Source: Flaccisagitta enflata
Taxonomy: Eukaryota
Direction of reading: 5' to 3'
Length of the DNA: 64,000 bases
Assembly (NCBI GenBank): GCA_965153355.1
Contig: OZ231126.1
Coordinates: 13,950,001-14,014,000, forward strand
The notes under the pieces: generated by a model
Database searches by the model: none
Seen by the model: only the letters and a program-made list of their open reading frames with translations
Told to the model about the DNA's origin: nothing
Program-made: the position numbers and the translations under genes
Shown here: positions 47,340-60,726 of the stretch, in pieces
Numbering within the stretch: the stretch's first letter is position 1
Layout of the letters: each line of letters starts with the position of its first letter

Positions 47340-49550
47340 TTTCTTAGGCGGAAATTGGGAATCTCCACCGACCGATTGGGGCCTCCAATGAAATTGATAG
47401 GGTGAGTAAATTTGTTAATTCTTTTTCATATGGCAGAATGCTCCACGACAAATATTTTTCGCGCTATGATTTTTTAAAGATTTATTTATGAAAAATTTGA
47501 TTGAAATTTTTTTTTATTTTTTACAATGTTGTGTAGGATTAATAAAAAAGAGTATTTATGTTTGTTTGAGCATGCAAATACAAGAAAACATGTTTATGAG
47601 CACAGCTGCTCATCTGTGAGGGCGTTTTTGAGCATTTCAGCTCATTTAGCGCACTTAGCTCAGTCCATTCTTTCTGATTTCAAATATGATAAATGAATAA
47701 ATATTTTGAAACTTGTTTAAAAAAAAACATTTCAGTGACCAGAGCCGCTCCTCTGTAAGGGCGTTTTCAAATATTCTAGCTTATTTAGCTAATTTAGCTT
47801 GTGCTTTTTCTCTGATTTTAAATAGGATGAATAAATTGATGTTTTGATTTAGGCATACAAATACAAGAAAGCATGTCAGTGAGCAAAGCTGGTTGTCTGG
47901 TTGAATCATATTGATTATTTTAGCTCATCTAGCTCATTTGGCTCAATCCTCTTTTAGTTTATTAAAATATATCCAGTATTGAAGTTTTTCCTGTGGCGGC
48001 AACTGGTGGAGAAAACTTTCCACTTTTCCTTGAAACAGTTTTGACTAAAGATTGTTTCATATTGTAATGGGATCCCAATGATCGAGAGTGTGAATGCCGG
48101 CAAAATAAAAACAAAATTTGATTCTCTTTTATGACAGGTGGAACAATATCCCTCACTATGCCCAAACTGAAAAATATGGAAGAGGGCCTTGTGAGCCCTC
48201 ACTGACTAGTTACTACGCGCATCACTCCTAGTTTTCCATTTAGCAAAACTAACTTGCAAACATCCATTCTGAATCTAACCCGAAACTCAAATGCTTACCA
48301 AAATAGATAAGGGCCAATGATTGTTACCTTTATTACCAAAATTCAACAAATCACCCGAGGGTAACATTGTTAAGAAACCATACCCTTGAAGGATAGAATC
48401 GAGGTCAAGCTTAATGCGACCGCCGGACATTCTTATCCAAGGTACTGAGTAGTATGACAGGTGGAACAATATCCCTCACTATGCCCAATAGACGTCGGGA
48501 AAATATCAAAAAATCGTAAAAACCCCTCAACCACCGGCTCAAATAATGACCAGATGTGTTGTTATGAAATAACAATCATAAAAAGTCCTTAACTTTTAAT
48601 ACCCTATCAACGGAAAAAATAAAGCGTCAAGAACTACGAGCCAGAATAGATAGACCAAGAAATTATCATGATTTCTGATAGGATCTACTTTTAAACATGA
48701 ATAAGCTTCTTCCTTTGAGGAAAAAATCTGAGCTGACCACCCTATACGACGTAGATTTCTATGCAGAATCCAAATTTTGTGTCAAAAAAACTTTTTGACG
48801 ATGGTAAATGGCAAAAAAATGACGTCAAAGTGGCGCGCGTCACTTCCGGTTAGCGGAAAAATGTTTTTTAAGACTAGTTTTGCAGGTGCGCATTCAGGAA
48901 AGTGGTTCAATATGTATTTATAGTTGTATGCTACACCCCGCTATGACCGTCGGTTGGTTGGTCGGTCGGTCGGTCCCCACTTTTTCAGCATTTTTCAGCT
49001 TTTTGAGCTCACTGCTCCTGCCCAAATTCCCCATTGACCTTCTCCATCCCTGCCCCTGCCCACCTGCACGCGACTAGGGTAACCGTGTATCCGGCCTTGT
49101 TGATTGCTGAGTATGTTCGTCTCTCCGTCTGTCTGTCCGTCCCTCCATCTGTTGATCAGTTGGTTAGTTGGTCGATCCCCTTATTCCTTTTTAGTCATTT
49201 TTGATCTTTTTTAACTCACTCTTTCAGAACAAATGCCCTAGTGATCTTTTCTTTCAGTGCCCCTGCCCACCCACGCGCGACTGGTGCAGCCCTGTATCCG
49301 GCCTGGTTTGGTTATACTAGTCGCTATGTCGAATTAAACATTTCATGTTTTTAATGCTACTCCCAAGCAAAGCGCCACCTTTGCTGTGAAATGAATCATC
49401 ATTTTAGTCGCGTGCACAAGACTCTACAACCCGCTTTGTCCGTTTGTCGGTCTGTCGGTTGGTCGGTAAGTCCATCATGCTTGGCTTTTTTTTTTGCTGC
49501 CCCTGCCCATTCACACGCAGCTAAGGTAGCTGTGTATCCGGCCTTGTTTT

Positions 49551-51084
49551 TTGTCATCTCGCTTCCAATTGCGGGTCTACAAAGATCTCCAAAGCCTCCG
49601 TCCTCATAGTCCGCCACTGGTTGATGCCGATGAAAAGCTATTGCAGAATCATCTGTGGTCTTTTTCCGAGGAGATTACACCCCTCATACTCACATCGTCG
49701 CTTGTCACTTACACAGAACGTGCACGAGTTGCTGAGGTACACTTATAAGTTATAACAAGTGACGCGGGGTCACATTATTGTGCAGACGGGTGGGCAGGGG
49801 CAGCCAACCCCCATGCACACCCAATGCTCCTCCCAAGTCCCCTTCCAACAAAGACACATACACAATAGTCGCAAAAGCGTTACATGGTCAGGGGTACCCA
49901 ATGCCCCTAAGTTAGTGTATGTGGGAATGAAATTATGAGAGGGGCAGCGGCCCTTGAGGGGCCGATAACCTATGATTCCACATAGGACGATTTTCTCCAG
50001 TTTGAGCAGCTGGTTTGGAGGGGTGAGAGGCCTGATTTTGGGTCTTTTGGTCTGAGATGCGTGGTTTGGGGTCTGAGAGGCTTGATTTAGGGTCTGAAAG
50101 GCCTGATTTGGCTTTGTGGGGTCTAATTTGGGGTCTGAAGAGCCTGATTAGGGGTCTGAGGCCAAATTTGGGTCTGAGAGGCCTAATTTGGGGTCTAAGA
50201 AGCCTGATCTGGGGTCTGGGAGGCCTGATTCGGGGTATGAGAGGCCTGATTTGGGGTCTGAGCCCTGATTTGGGGTCTGAGAGGCCTGATTTGGGGTCAG
50301 AAAGGTCTGATTTGGGGTCTGAAAGGCCTGATTTGAGGTCTGAGAGGCCTGATTTGAGAATTGGGGGAGAGGGGACGTACGGAAAACGGAAACCGGAGAA
50401 AATTGCCCTATGTGGAATCATAGGTCATCGGCTCCTCCGGGGCCGCTGCCCAAAGAGCTTTTTTTTCACTTTTCTGATCACCTCTACGGACTGACCGACC
50501 AACCAACCGACGGACGGACAAAGCCTCGTATAGATTTGCATGTCTGCAACTAAAAATTCATACAGATTTTAAAAGTCAAGTTTTGCACACTAATCATCAA
50601 ATGATTAAACAAAGGTAGTTAGGCGGAAATGTAGGCATTTTAGGACATGAAAGTATTCTACTGTTTACAAATCATTGAAGGCCATGAAATCTGTACAAAA
50701 AGATGGTTTACGGCAAGGAGCTATGAAGATGAAAGCTCTGGAACCCAAATCAACGCTTGCATCCCGAATTGGAGAACAATCCCCACACTTTCTCGCTACA
50801 CACGGAGTCGGCTACAATTGGCTCGATGAACCAGTTGAAACGTGGCCGGAGAACCCCGATTACCAGAAACTGCACAAGTTTGCTCATCATCTTCCGGTAG
50901 ACAATGCCGCAATTGAACGTATGATTCGGCGCACATTACTGCATCGCAAGTATGGAAAGCGAAGTGAAGACCACTTTCAAGCAACATTTGCTGTCGTTGG
51001 AGCCGCCATTGCTTAAGTCTCAACTCGAGTACGCAAGACAAAAAAAGCACTTATCAAAGTGTTTGGTCGAAAAGATACAGAGTG
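49551..51084 (+). pseudogene. hATm-like transposase C-terminal fragments
   Basis: NHLWSFSEE (cf. HLWYLSEE) in 49551-49737; WLDEPVETWPENPDYQ..LPVDNAAIER..FQ (cf. VVND.AER) in 50675-51016; HINE insertions between; probable premature stop at 51014. Confidence 0.7.
49865..50451 (-). mobile_element. HINE family B/C variant with 21-bp tandem core
   Basis: ATAGTCGCAAAAGCGTTA tail; GGGCAGCGGCCC / GGGGCCGCTGCCC inverted ends. Confidence 0.72.
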
Positions 51085-51236
51085 ATAGTTGTTTTAAATG
51101 TTTTGTATCTTGCATTTAATTGCTTTGTATTTTGCATTCCGTGGTCGTATTTTAACTTATGTTTTGGAACTTAACTGCGTTCACATCTAATGAAATTTTA
51201 AAATACCGACAAATTATTGTTGAAATTTGAAAAAAA

Positions 51237-51399
51237 AACAAGGCCGGATACACGGCAATCCAGTCGCGGATGGTTGGGCAGGAGTGGTAATGCAAAAACC
51301 GCTCGGAATTCAAAAATGTGACGGACCGACCGATGGACCAACGGACCGACCAACCGACCGACACGGCAAGGTGTAATGTCGCGTGTCCGCGACTAAAAA
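51237..51399 (-). mobile_element. HINE family A
   Basis: Both termini present. Confidence 0.82.
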
Positions 51400-51606
51400 C
51401 GATTGCTTTCTTTTTTTTTTTTTGGTAACGGGTACTGGATGAAAGGCGATACTCATCAAATAGTGTTAAAGGTTTTTGCCACATACTTGCGACTTTGAGA
51501 GGCTTTGTCTGTCAGTCAGTCAATCTGTCGGTCTTAAAGTGTAAATACGTGCACCCAAGTGTGTTGGTATGGTGATACACGCCCCTGCCACCCCCTTGTG
51601 CGTGGA

Positions 51607-52604
51607 CGTTGTTGTTGTTGTTGCCCCGGCGTCCGCATAAGCGGCAAGGTCAAAAGTTCCATCGTATTAGTCGTAATCACTCAACAAAATATACTACATG
51701 AATTAAAAAAAAAGACGCACCTTTTCATTTGCTGATAAAACTGACTCCAAAAATGTCAAAAAATTTTTTTAGAGGAAGTGATTTTGAAGATTTTCAAATT
51801 ATCTTTCATTCTAGACCAATCCCAGATCTGTATCTTCAACGGTTTAGGAGCTAGAGCGCTCTAAAGTGAGACACCAGTTTGCTGAATTGCATTTTTTTCA
51901 TAGGAACTGCAAAAACAAATTTGGCAACATTTTTACTCAAACTAATGCCATTTCTAAACGAAAAAAGATAGAGATACCAGATTGGCGCCAAATGAAAGAG
52001 TTTTTCAAGAGCTTCAAAATGGTCTAAGATTTTAATTAGTTTTTTGATTTTCAATGGCGCAATCAGCCATTCAAAAGTGCGTCTTTTTTTTTAATTCATA
52101 TAGTATATGACGCGATATTGGCACCATGAAGAACGGTCCCATGGATCTCGGACCAGCCGAGCGACGAAAATCATTGGCACCGTGAGGAATGTAGATCACG
52201 GATCTCGGCAAGCCGAGCATCGCGGCCGAGAAGACGAATTGATGTTTCAGTCATTTTCTTGAGTTAAATCGAAAGTAGGTGGTGAAGGAGAGAGGAAAGA
52301 AGTGGAGGAAGAGGAGGAAGAGGAAGAAGAAGAAGGAGATGAATAAGAGAAGAGATATGGAAGGGCAGGGGAGGAGATAAAGTTGGAAGAATTAGATGGA
52401 GGGGGAGGCCAAGGAGGAAGGCTGGGGGGAGGAGGAAGGATAGGTGGAGGTGGAGGAGGAGGAGAAGGAGGAAGCGGCGGAGAGTTATCAGGGGGGTCAG
52501 GAGGATCCGGCGGAATCAAGGCAGAGAAAGATGGAAGAGATTGAAGGAATAGGGCGACTTCAACTGGATTATGCCATAGATCGATGAGGTATTGTAGCCC
52601 AGCG
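51607..52604 (-). mobile_element. Probable LINE 3' fragment with (CAA)n tail
   Basis: Minus frame ..YLIDLWHNPVEVALFLQSLPSF..PPDPPDPP (LW..P.EVA.FL resembles LINE ORF2 ends); (CAA)5 at ~51608-51622; interrupted by a MITE. Confidence 0.5.
51694..52103. mobile_element. TA-flanked MITE with CTA(C/T)ATGAATT TIRs
   Basis: CTACATGAATTAAAAAAAAAGACGCAC / GTGCGTCTTTTTTTTTAATTCATATAG. Confidence 0.8.
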
Positions 52605-55141
52605 TTACCGGAAGTGACGTCTAAAACGGAAGTGTCGTTGCTTGGCAGAAATGATATCCAAATAGCTGGCTCCCTTAGTGACTCTGGATTTGTACCACCT
52701 GTAATCGTGTAGGTTACAACTTTCTTTAATGCGCTTGGTCTGAATTATATCCAAATCAGCAATTTCACCATAACCGGAAGTGGCGCGTCGATAAAAGACG
52801 TCGTTTTGCGCCATCTAGCGTCATTCAAACTCATTTTTGACGCCAGATTTGGATTCTACGTGGAAAATTACGTAAGATTCGCTAGAGAATTCAGATTTTT
52901 GCCAAAGAAATTTAGGATATTGCAGAGAGATAAGAGAATTTGTCCAAAGATTTATCTCAAAAGTGAATGAATTTGCTCTGGAAAGTAGTTCTTGACGCAT
53001 TATTTTTTCCGTTGATAGGATATAAAAAGTTAAGGACTTTTTTCTATTGTTATTTCATAACAACACATCTGGTCATCATTTGAGCCGGTGGTTGAGGGTT
53101 TTTTACGATTTTTCGATATTTTCCCGACGTCTAATGCCCAAACTGAAAAATATGGAAGAGGGCCTTGTGAGCCCTCACTGACTAGTTACTACGCGCATCA
53201 CTCCTAGTTTTCCATTTAGCAAAACTAACTTGCAAACATCCATTCTGAATCTAACCCGAAACACTAATGCTTACCAAAAAAGATAAGGGCCAATGATTGT
53301 TACCTTTATTACCAAAATTCAACAAATCACCCGAGGGTAATATTGTTAAGAAACCATACCCTTGAAGGATAGAATCGAGGTTAAGCTTAATGCGACCGCC
53401 GGACATTCTTATCCAAGGTACTGAGTAGTATGACAGGTGGAACAATATGTAACGGGATCTTAATTTTGAAATGCCCGCATGATTACACTTTTTCCCTCTT
53501 TGTTGGGAGTTGTATACTTTTATATACGCCTAAGAAAATGTCTTCCCAATTTTTTACCGATGAACATGGCCGATATATCACCTTTGGGTGTCTCAACAAC
53601 ATGAAGAACGCTGAATACGTAAAGGCTTGATTCACGATTCAGCGGGCGAGGATGGGTGAAAATGAGGCAATTTTAAAACAATGAAAATCCAATAAAACTA
53701 TACATTGTTTTAAAGCTAATACATTATTATATAAAAATCTATACTTGGTTTTCATTAGCAGCGCCTTCATCATCTTCATTAAAAAACTACGGATAGACCT
53801 AAGTGCCCTCAGACTACTCAAGGGAGTCTTAAAGCCACTTTTCCATCAGTTAGTCAGCCCATCAGTCCATTGGTCCATCGGGAGTTTTACTCAATAGAGA
53901 ATTTGCAAAATTGATGCTACCGAGAATTGGTGTTTTGACGCAATAGAGAACTCTAAAACATTAAAAAGGTAGAAGTAGTATAGGAAGGTCCAATCAGAAT
54001 AATGGATTCGGTACCAATTTTTTTGTTAAAATCCCATCCCCGGCATGTGCTGAGATGGTTTTCATAGCTCAACGGTATTTTTGTAAAAATCATGGCCCCC
54101 TAAGAATAACGAAAAATCATGCAAATCATGGGAAAATCTTTGTCCACCACCCCCCTGTTTGTAAGCTCATATTTTCTAAACAAATCAAGCTAATGACCTC
54201 AACTTGGGCTCATTTTAAAGAACAGACACAGCTCTTTAAAATGGGCCCAAGTTGAGGTCATTAGCTCAATTCGTTTAGGAGCAGCAGTCTTCCAAAGTTG
54301 ATGCTTCCTTTGAGAAAAAGATAAATTGACCCCTCTTTTTGTAGGCCTCTATCTTTTAAACTAATTGAGCTAATGACCTAAACTTGGGCTCATTTTAAAG
54401 AACAGACACAGTTCTTTAAAATGAGCCCAAGTTGAGGTCGCTAGCTCAATTCATTAAGGAGAAACAGTCTTCCAAAGTGGTTGCTTTTTTGAGAATAAAA
54501 GCATTGCCCCTTTGTTTTTGTCGGCTACCCAGGTCGCATGCGGGCGGGCAGGAGCAGTGATAAAAAGGATTACCATACATTTGAGCAGGAGGGATAATGA
54601 ATTAACTACTTGTCAACGTAAAAAGTAAAGTATATCGGACAGACTGACCGACCGACCAACAGATGGACAAAGAAGATTGTAGTTGCGACTGAAAGTTGAG
54701 CTAGCGATCCCAGATTGATCGCAAATCTTCAAAATGATACCAATCTAGGAATCAACATACAAGTAGAAGCGTGGGAATTGCCACGTGTTTGTGTGTGTGT
54801 CGGGGGGGATGTACACCCCTACCAACCCGTCCGAGACTAAAAACAAGGCAAACACCTATTAGTCGCGTGCGGGACATAAAAAACTTAGGGCGTACAAATG
54901 GACGGACATACGGAAGTACAGACACACAGATCCCCCTGTGTTCTCCAGGACTTTGTCTCCTTCGGACCCGCTGCCCAAAAATGGGCTCAAGTTGCTGAAT
55001 TACTGCTCCTGCCCAAATGTATGGTTAGTTTCATCACCGCACTCACCCACCAGCATGCGGCTTGAGTAGCCGTGACTCCGGCCTTGTTCTCCTTTCACAA
55101 CACTCGGACCAGCAGCGTCCAGGGGTTTTTTTTTCGTTTTT

Positions 55142-55577
55142 GGGCAGCGGCTCCAAAGGGGTCGATGACCTATGCTTTCACACATATGGGGAATTTTTCT
55201 CCTTCTTCTCCTTCTTCGTACCCCCCCTCCCCTCAGCCTCCAGGCCCATATCTCAGCCTGGAGGCCCATATCCCAGCCTTGAGGCCCAAATCTCAGTCTT
55301 GAGGCCCAAATCCCACCCAAAAGGCCCAAATCCCAACCCCTAGGCCCAAATTCCAGTCTCTAGGCTGGGATATGGGCCTCCAGGCTGAGATATGGGCCTG
55401 GAGGCTGGGGGGAGGGGGGGTGCGGAGGAGGAGGAGAAGGAGAAAATTCTCCATATGTGTGAAAGCATAGGTCATCGACCCCTTCGGGGCTGCTGCCCTG
55501 CTCCCCCCTCAACTTCAACCACAACCTACTTAAGCAGGGTACGAGTACCGCTGACCATCTAACGCTTTTGCAACTAT
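55142..55577 (+). mobile_element. HINE family B, intact
   Basis: Same inverted ends, 21-bp head-to-head repeats and tail as 28760-29360. Confidence 0.82.
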
Positions 55578-55808
55578 CATTGATTGGGTGAATTGGTTCA
55601 TTTTCAGTTAAATGACTCGTTCATTCAGAGCAAAGTCGCTTATTTTTGGTCGCGGACACCCGACTCTACACCTTGCCGTGTCAGTCCGTAAGTCCATTAG
55701 TTACATCTTTGCGACCGGTTTACAATCAATCAGATTCATAAGTGATGGGAAAAAGATCAGGATCTTCTAGGATCCTTTAGGATCCTCCATGCTGATCAAT
55801 TTTCACCC

Positions 55809-55963
55809 TTTTTAGTCGCGGACACGCGACTCTACACCTTGCCGTGTCGGTCGGTACGTCGGTACGTCGGTCGGTAGGTCACATTTTTGAATTCCGAGCG
55901 GTTTTCGCATTACTGCTCCTGCCCAACCGTCCGCGACTGGATTGCCGTGTATCCGGCCTTGTT
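55809..55963 (+). mobile_element. HINE family A
   Basis: Both termini present. Confidence 0.82.
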
Positions 55964-56047
55964 CTTTGTCTTACTTGATATAACAATAACTCTGATGCGC
56001 GTAATTGCGCAATTAACTATGGGCTGAGATTGAGCTTAATCTCGAAC

Positions 56048-56230
56048 TTTTTAGTCGCGACTCTACAAATCGCTGTCCGTCGGTCGGTTGGTCGGGCGGT
56101 CACACTTTGTTTTTTTTTTTATGATTTCATTTCTTTGACCAAACTGCTCCTGCCCAAATGGTCTGGTGACCTCAAATATGGCCCCTGCCCACCCGCACGC
56201 GACTTTGGTAGCCGTGTATCCAGCCTTGTT
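56048..56230 (+). mobile_element. HINE family A
   Basis: Both termini present. Confidence 0.8.
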
Positions 56231-56689
56231 AATTATGCAAATTAAGCTAAGACTACCTTTTGCGCTTTATAATTCTTGCGTAAAACTGTTCTCTGCACTC
56301 CCAATCATTGGGATTCCATTACTCTGGTTTACTGGGGCCAATTGGGTTTGAGAAAAATGAGTCATAGCTTGTGTAGAGCAATTTAAAACTCTCAACAGTT
56401 AGAATTTTTTTCCATCACGACGGACTGTGCGCGGTTTTGGCGACTAGATTGCTGTATTTCTGACCTCGTTTTAAAATCGCTCATTCGTGTCACACTCATC
56501 CGGGCCCCTTTGCTCGTTTTATGAAATATCGCTGTTGAGAATTCTGGCTCATTTCAGCCGGCTTGCTCATCTTGAGCAAGATTTTTCATTTTGGGTAGTT
56601 TTAATCAGTAAAAACGCACACATCAGGAACCAATAAGCTTGCTCAATGGGAAGATTTGCTGGATTTTTGGAAACATAAATAGATATCTA

Positions 56690-57183
56690 CCATATTTTTT
56701 GCATTTATCGGCCCCCTCTAATTAGCGCCCCCCCTCCCTTTTTTCATGAAAGAAAGAGCTAATGATAAAAATGATTTTTTGAAAAAAATCATAGAAGGTT
56801 CATTGAAAATTAGGTTTTAAGTCGCGTGCAACCCGCTTTGTCCGTCGGTCGGTCGGTTGGTCGGTTGGTTGGTTGGTCGGTCGGTCACATTTTGAACTCA
56901 CTGTTCCTGCCCATATGGTCAAGTGACCTCACATATGGCCCCTGCCCACCCGCACGCGACTTCGGTAGCCGTGTATCCGGCCTTGTTCTAAAGAAAAGCC
57001 ATATGAGAATAGGATGCAATAAAACAAAATATTCTCTTTTATTGTGATTTTTTTAATTGAATTGAATTTTTGTAATACATTAATCAGACATAACTAAATA
57101 GAAGGCGCTAATTGCAGGTTTAAAATAGCAATGTTTAATTTCTATTTCAAAAGCGCCCGGGGCGCTAATTACGAGAAATACGG
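56690..57183. mobile_element. pogo-like MITE with nested HINE A (~56815-56987)
   Basis: TA|CCATATTT..TAATTAGCGCCCC / GGGGCGCTAATTACGAGAAATACGG|TA; partial relative at ~22560-22608. Confidence 0.6.
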
Positions 57184-57239
57184 TAATAAAGCTCACTAAA
57201 CTAATTTGCAAATTAGAGGCAAGTTGGATTTTTTTTGCA

Positions 57240-57660
57240 AACCTGCAGCTCATTTTAAGTAAAGCTGCTCATTTAAACAAAGTTGCTCATTTTTAGCAGA
57301 GTAGCTCATTTTGAGCAAATACGCTCATTTTGAGCAAACCTGCTCATTACTGAGCACACTCACTTATCTTTGAGTAAACTTGCTCAACCATATCTAGCCA
57401 GCTAATTTTTCTTTTTTAGGGGAATATTTGCCAATTTTTGAGAAATTCACTTATTTTGGAGCAAACTCACTCATTTATGAGCAAACTTGCTCAGCTTAGC
57501 TCTAATTGGATTCATTTTAATCCAAACACCACTCATTTCAAGCAATATCTGCTCATTCAGAAGTGCACTCGCTCACTTTTGAGCAAGCTCACTCATTCAG
57601 AAGTCTGTTGCTCACTTTTGAGCGAGCGAGCTCGTTTTTGCGTGCAACCTGCTCATTTTG
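57240..57660. repeat. Degenerate ~20-bp GCTCATTTTGAGCAAA tandem repeat
   Basis: Recurrent GCTCATTT(T)GAGC units. Confidence 0.7.
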
Positions 57661-58297
57661 GTATGCACCATCGCTTTCCTTGTGTCATGAGCGTTCTAAC
57701 GATATGCTGGACTATATACTTTTCTCCAGAGTAAGTATAAATTCCTCAAAAATTTCATCAGCGGAGATTGCACCGAATTCGTTCGCGCGCGCGTAAAAAG
57801 TCCGCCGCCGCACAGCCATCGAATTTTCGATTGGCAAAGTTAACACATGCACGCGATGCGCAAGAGTGCGCAATGTCCGATTTGGATGCGGTTTTCGATT
57901 CTCGATTGCTGACTAGCTCACCTTGAATCTATCAATTTTGTGCACTTTTAGCTCCCTCAGACGACCCTCAGTTGTTCATAAGGTAACATGCTAAAATCAT
58001 TGCTCTGAACGAAACCAGAAAAGACTTTTTGGGCCGCTTTTTTTGCTTGGTTATGACTTCCCCTCAGGGGATATAGTTGATATATCATATGTATGAGTTT
58101 TATCAAGCATTGTGCTTGCTTGAGAAGCACAAATCAAGGGCTTCAAAGTCTTTCGCTCGCCCGAATTCGGAAACTGCGGACAAATATTTTTATCACGCAT
58201 CATGGCTTCCTATTTCCCTTACTAGTAGAAGGAATTCCATGCTCAGAACTGAGAATTCCGACTCTCTCTTATTCTTTTGCTCTCTCTCTCTTTCTCT

Positions 58298-58397
<100 letters not shown>

Positions 58398-58539
58398 CTC
58401 TCTTTCTTTCTTTTCCTTTCTTCCTTTGTTCCATTCTATTTTTCTCTCTCTTTCCTTCTTTCTTCCTTCCTTCTTTTTCAACCATTCTTCTTTTTTCCCT
58501 TCCTTCCTGCTTGCCTTTCATCTTCCTTTGCTTCCTTTT

Positions 58540-58956
58540 GGGCAGCGGCCTAAGCTTTCACACAGGAGAAATTTCTCCTCCTCCTTCTTCTCCTCCTCCT
58601 CCATACCCCCCCCCTGCTCTCAGCCTCGAGACCCAAATCCCAGCCTCAAAGCCCAAATCCCAGCCTCAAGGCCCAAATCCCAGCCTCAAGGCCCAAATCC
58701 CAGCCTCGAGGCTCCAATTCCAACCTTGAGGCTCAAATCCCAGTCTCGAGGCTCAAATCTCAGCCAAGAGGCTCAAATCCCTGCCTCTAAGCTCAAATCC
58801 CAGCTTCAAGGCCCCGATTCCAGCCTCCAGGCTCAAATAAAAATAGCATAGGTAATCGGCTCCTGCGGGGCCGCTGCCCCTCTCACCATCTCACACCCTC
58901 ATACAATCACTTAGGGGCAACGGGTACCGCTGACCATCTAACGCTTTTGCAACTAT
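58540..58956 (+). mobile_element. HINE family B variant
   Basis: GGGCAGCGGCC start, 21-bp repeats, GGGGCCGCTGCCC and ..TAACGCTTTTGCAACTAT tail. Confidence 0.78.
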
Positions 58957-60387
58957 ATTCCTTGGTTCCTTGCTTCCTTCCTTTTCTTCCTGCATGCCCA
59001 ACTGTTTTAGGAGACTTTTGCTTCTTTCCTCTCTTTTTCCCTTTTTTCCTTCCACTTTCCTTCCACTTTCCTTCCTGTCTTCCTTACTTCCGTTTTTTCT
59101 TACTTCCAATTTTACCTCCTAATTTCCTATTTTGTAGTACAACACTTCATTATTTTTCCTTATTTCTAATTTCCTTCCTTCTTTCCTTCTTTCTTTTCTT
59201 CCTTCCCTCCTTCACCACCTTCATGCCTTCCTCTTTTTTGACACCATCAATTTTATCTCATTTTCTTTCCTGCATATCTGCATATCTGCAATTCCTTCTA
59301 TCTTTCTCTCTTTTTCTCTCCTTTGTTCCTTCTTGCCTTCTTTTTAACTTTTTTTCTCTTCTCTATTTTTTCTTTTCTTTCCATTTTTTTCCTCTTTTTT
59401 TTTCTTTCCTTCGGGGCCGATGCCCTGCTTCCCCTCACTCCAATTCACAATCATACAAAGCAGGGCAGCGGGTATAGCTGACCACATATTGCCCTTGGGC
59501 TACCTGTTCTTTTCTTTCCTCATTCATTTTATTTTCTTTCCTTTCCTTCCTTCCTCCTTTCACTCCTTCCTTTCCTTCCTTACTTTCTCTCCTTCCTTTC
59601 CTTTCCTTTCCTTTCCCTTCTCTTCATTTACTTTCCTTCCTGCTGGCCTAGCTAGCTTCCTGCGAGCGCCGCTCGCGCGCTAGGCTACTTTGTAGATCGG
59701 TTGATTTTCATGCCGCATCCACCGCTTCCGCTTCCGCTTCCATTTTACAGTTTTAATAATGGGAAAAAAGGCGAATTTCGTAAAAAGCGGAATCACGTAA
59801 TTCGGCTTTTTTAAACGTAGGAGAGAAATAAAGTTTTCCATTTTCAGTTCGAGGCAATTTTTGAAAGTTGAGCGGTTTTTGAGCTGGGAGAATACATTTT
59901 TTGATATTCACAGCTAATTTTTCTTTTTCAAATGACGCCAACCAGAAGTCTCTACGATCATTAGTATTGGCGTTATGAATTTATTGATTTTTTTCTATTT
60001 TTTTGCATTTTCGCAAGAATTGATATTTTTGATTGATCCCAGTGTAGCATTTACTAAGTCCAAAATGATCTACGAAAAATACCAATTTTTGAAAATCATA
60101 AAATTAAGAAAGATTCAAAATTCATAATCCCTAACTGATAGTAAAGATTTCTGCTGGCGCTTTGTTTGAAAGAGAAAAATTACTTCTTTCTGCCAGAATA
60201 CAAAAAATGTATACTCCCAGCCCCAAATGGTAACAATTATAAAATTATTTAAACCGGAAAATGGAAACTTTATTTCTCCCCTATAAGCCAAAAAGTTTAA
60301 ATTACATCCGACTTTTTTCCAACAACAAAAATCACAATTTTTGGCTAATTTGAAACATATGACTTTGAGATTGAGCCCTTGGCCCCA

Positions 60388-60726
60388 CACCACGTAATCT
60401 GAGGTGAGATTAAAACCCTGGGTATACTGGTATTTGGTATGCCTCGGTATTGCTCGGGCATATTATTTGGTATTGCTCGGTATTATTGGGGTATTGTTCC
60501 TCGGTATTACTTTGGTTTTGTTTTTGGATATGCGCCCGGTATGCCCTCGCGTTGATGGTATTGCTTTGGTATTAAGTGAGAATGCTCGGCATGTTCGGTA
60601 TTCGGGTATGCTCGGCACGCCGGCATGGCTTGGTATTGTTTGGCTATTGCTAGAGTATTTCTTGGGTATGCTCGGGTATTGCTCGGGTATTAATCTCACA
60701 TTTTTCTTTTAGAGATTACCAGGTGC
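60388..60726 (-). repeat. Dispersed repeat, inverted copy of 1788-2115
   Basis: CACCACGTAATCT..GGTATTGCTC repeats..ATTACCAGGTGC. Confidence 0.75.

Larger units (their letters stand above)
48489..53133 (+). mobile_element. hAT (hATm-like) deletion derivative with nested elements
   Basis: TIRs TAGACGTCGGGAAAATATC (~150 bp close match, imperfect to ~360 bp); 8-bp TSD ATGCCCAA (48481-48488, 53134-53141). Confidence 0.9.
48131..53447. repeat. 323-bp tandem duplication; second unit split by the hAT insertion
   Basis: ATGACAGGTGGAACAATAT at 48131, 48454 and 53430; 48158-48470 is near-identical to 53134-53446. Confidence 0.88.

Noticed and set aside
48131-53447. LTR retrotransposon (direct repeats flanking 4.6 kb)
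   Set aside because: No TG..CA ends, PBS or gag/pol; the interior is a TIR element with its own 8-bp TSD inside a tandem duplication
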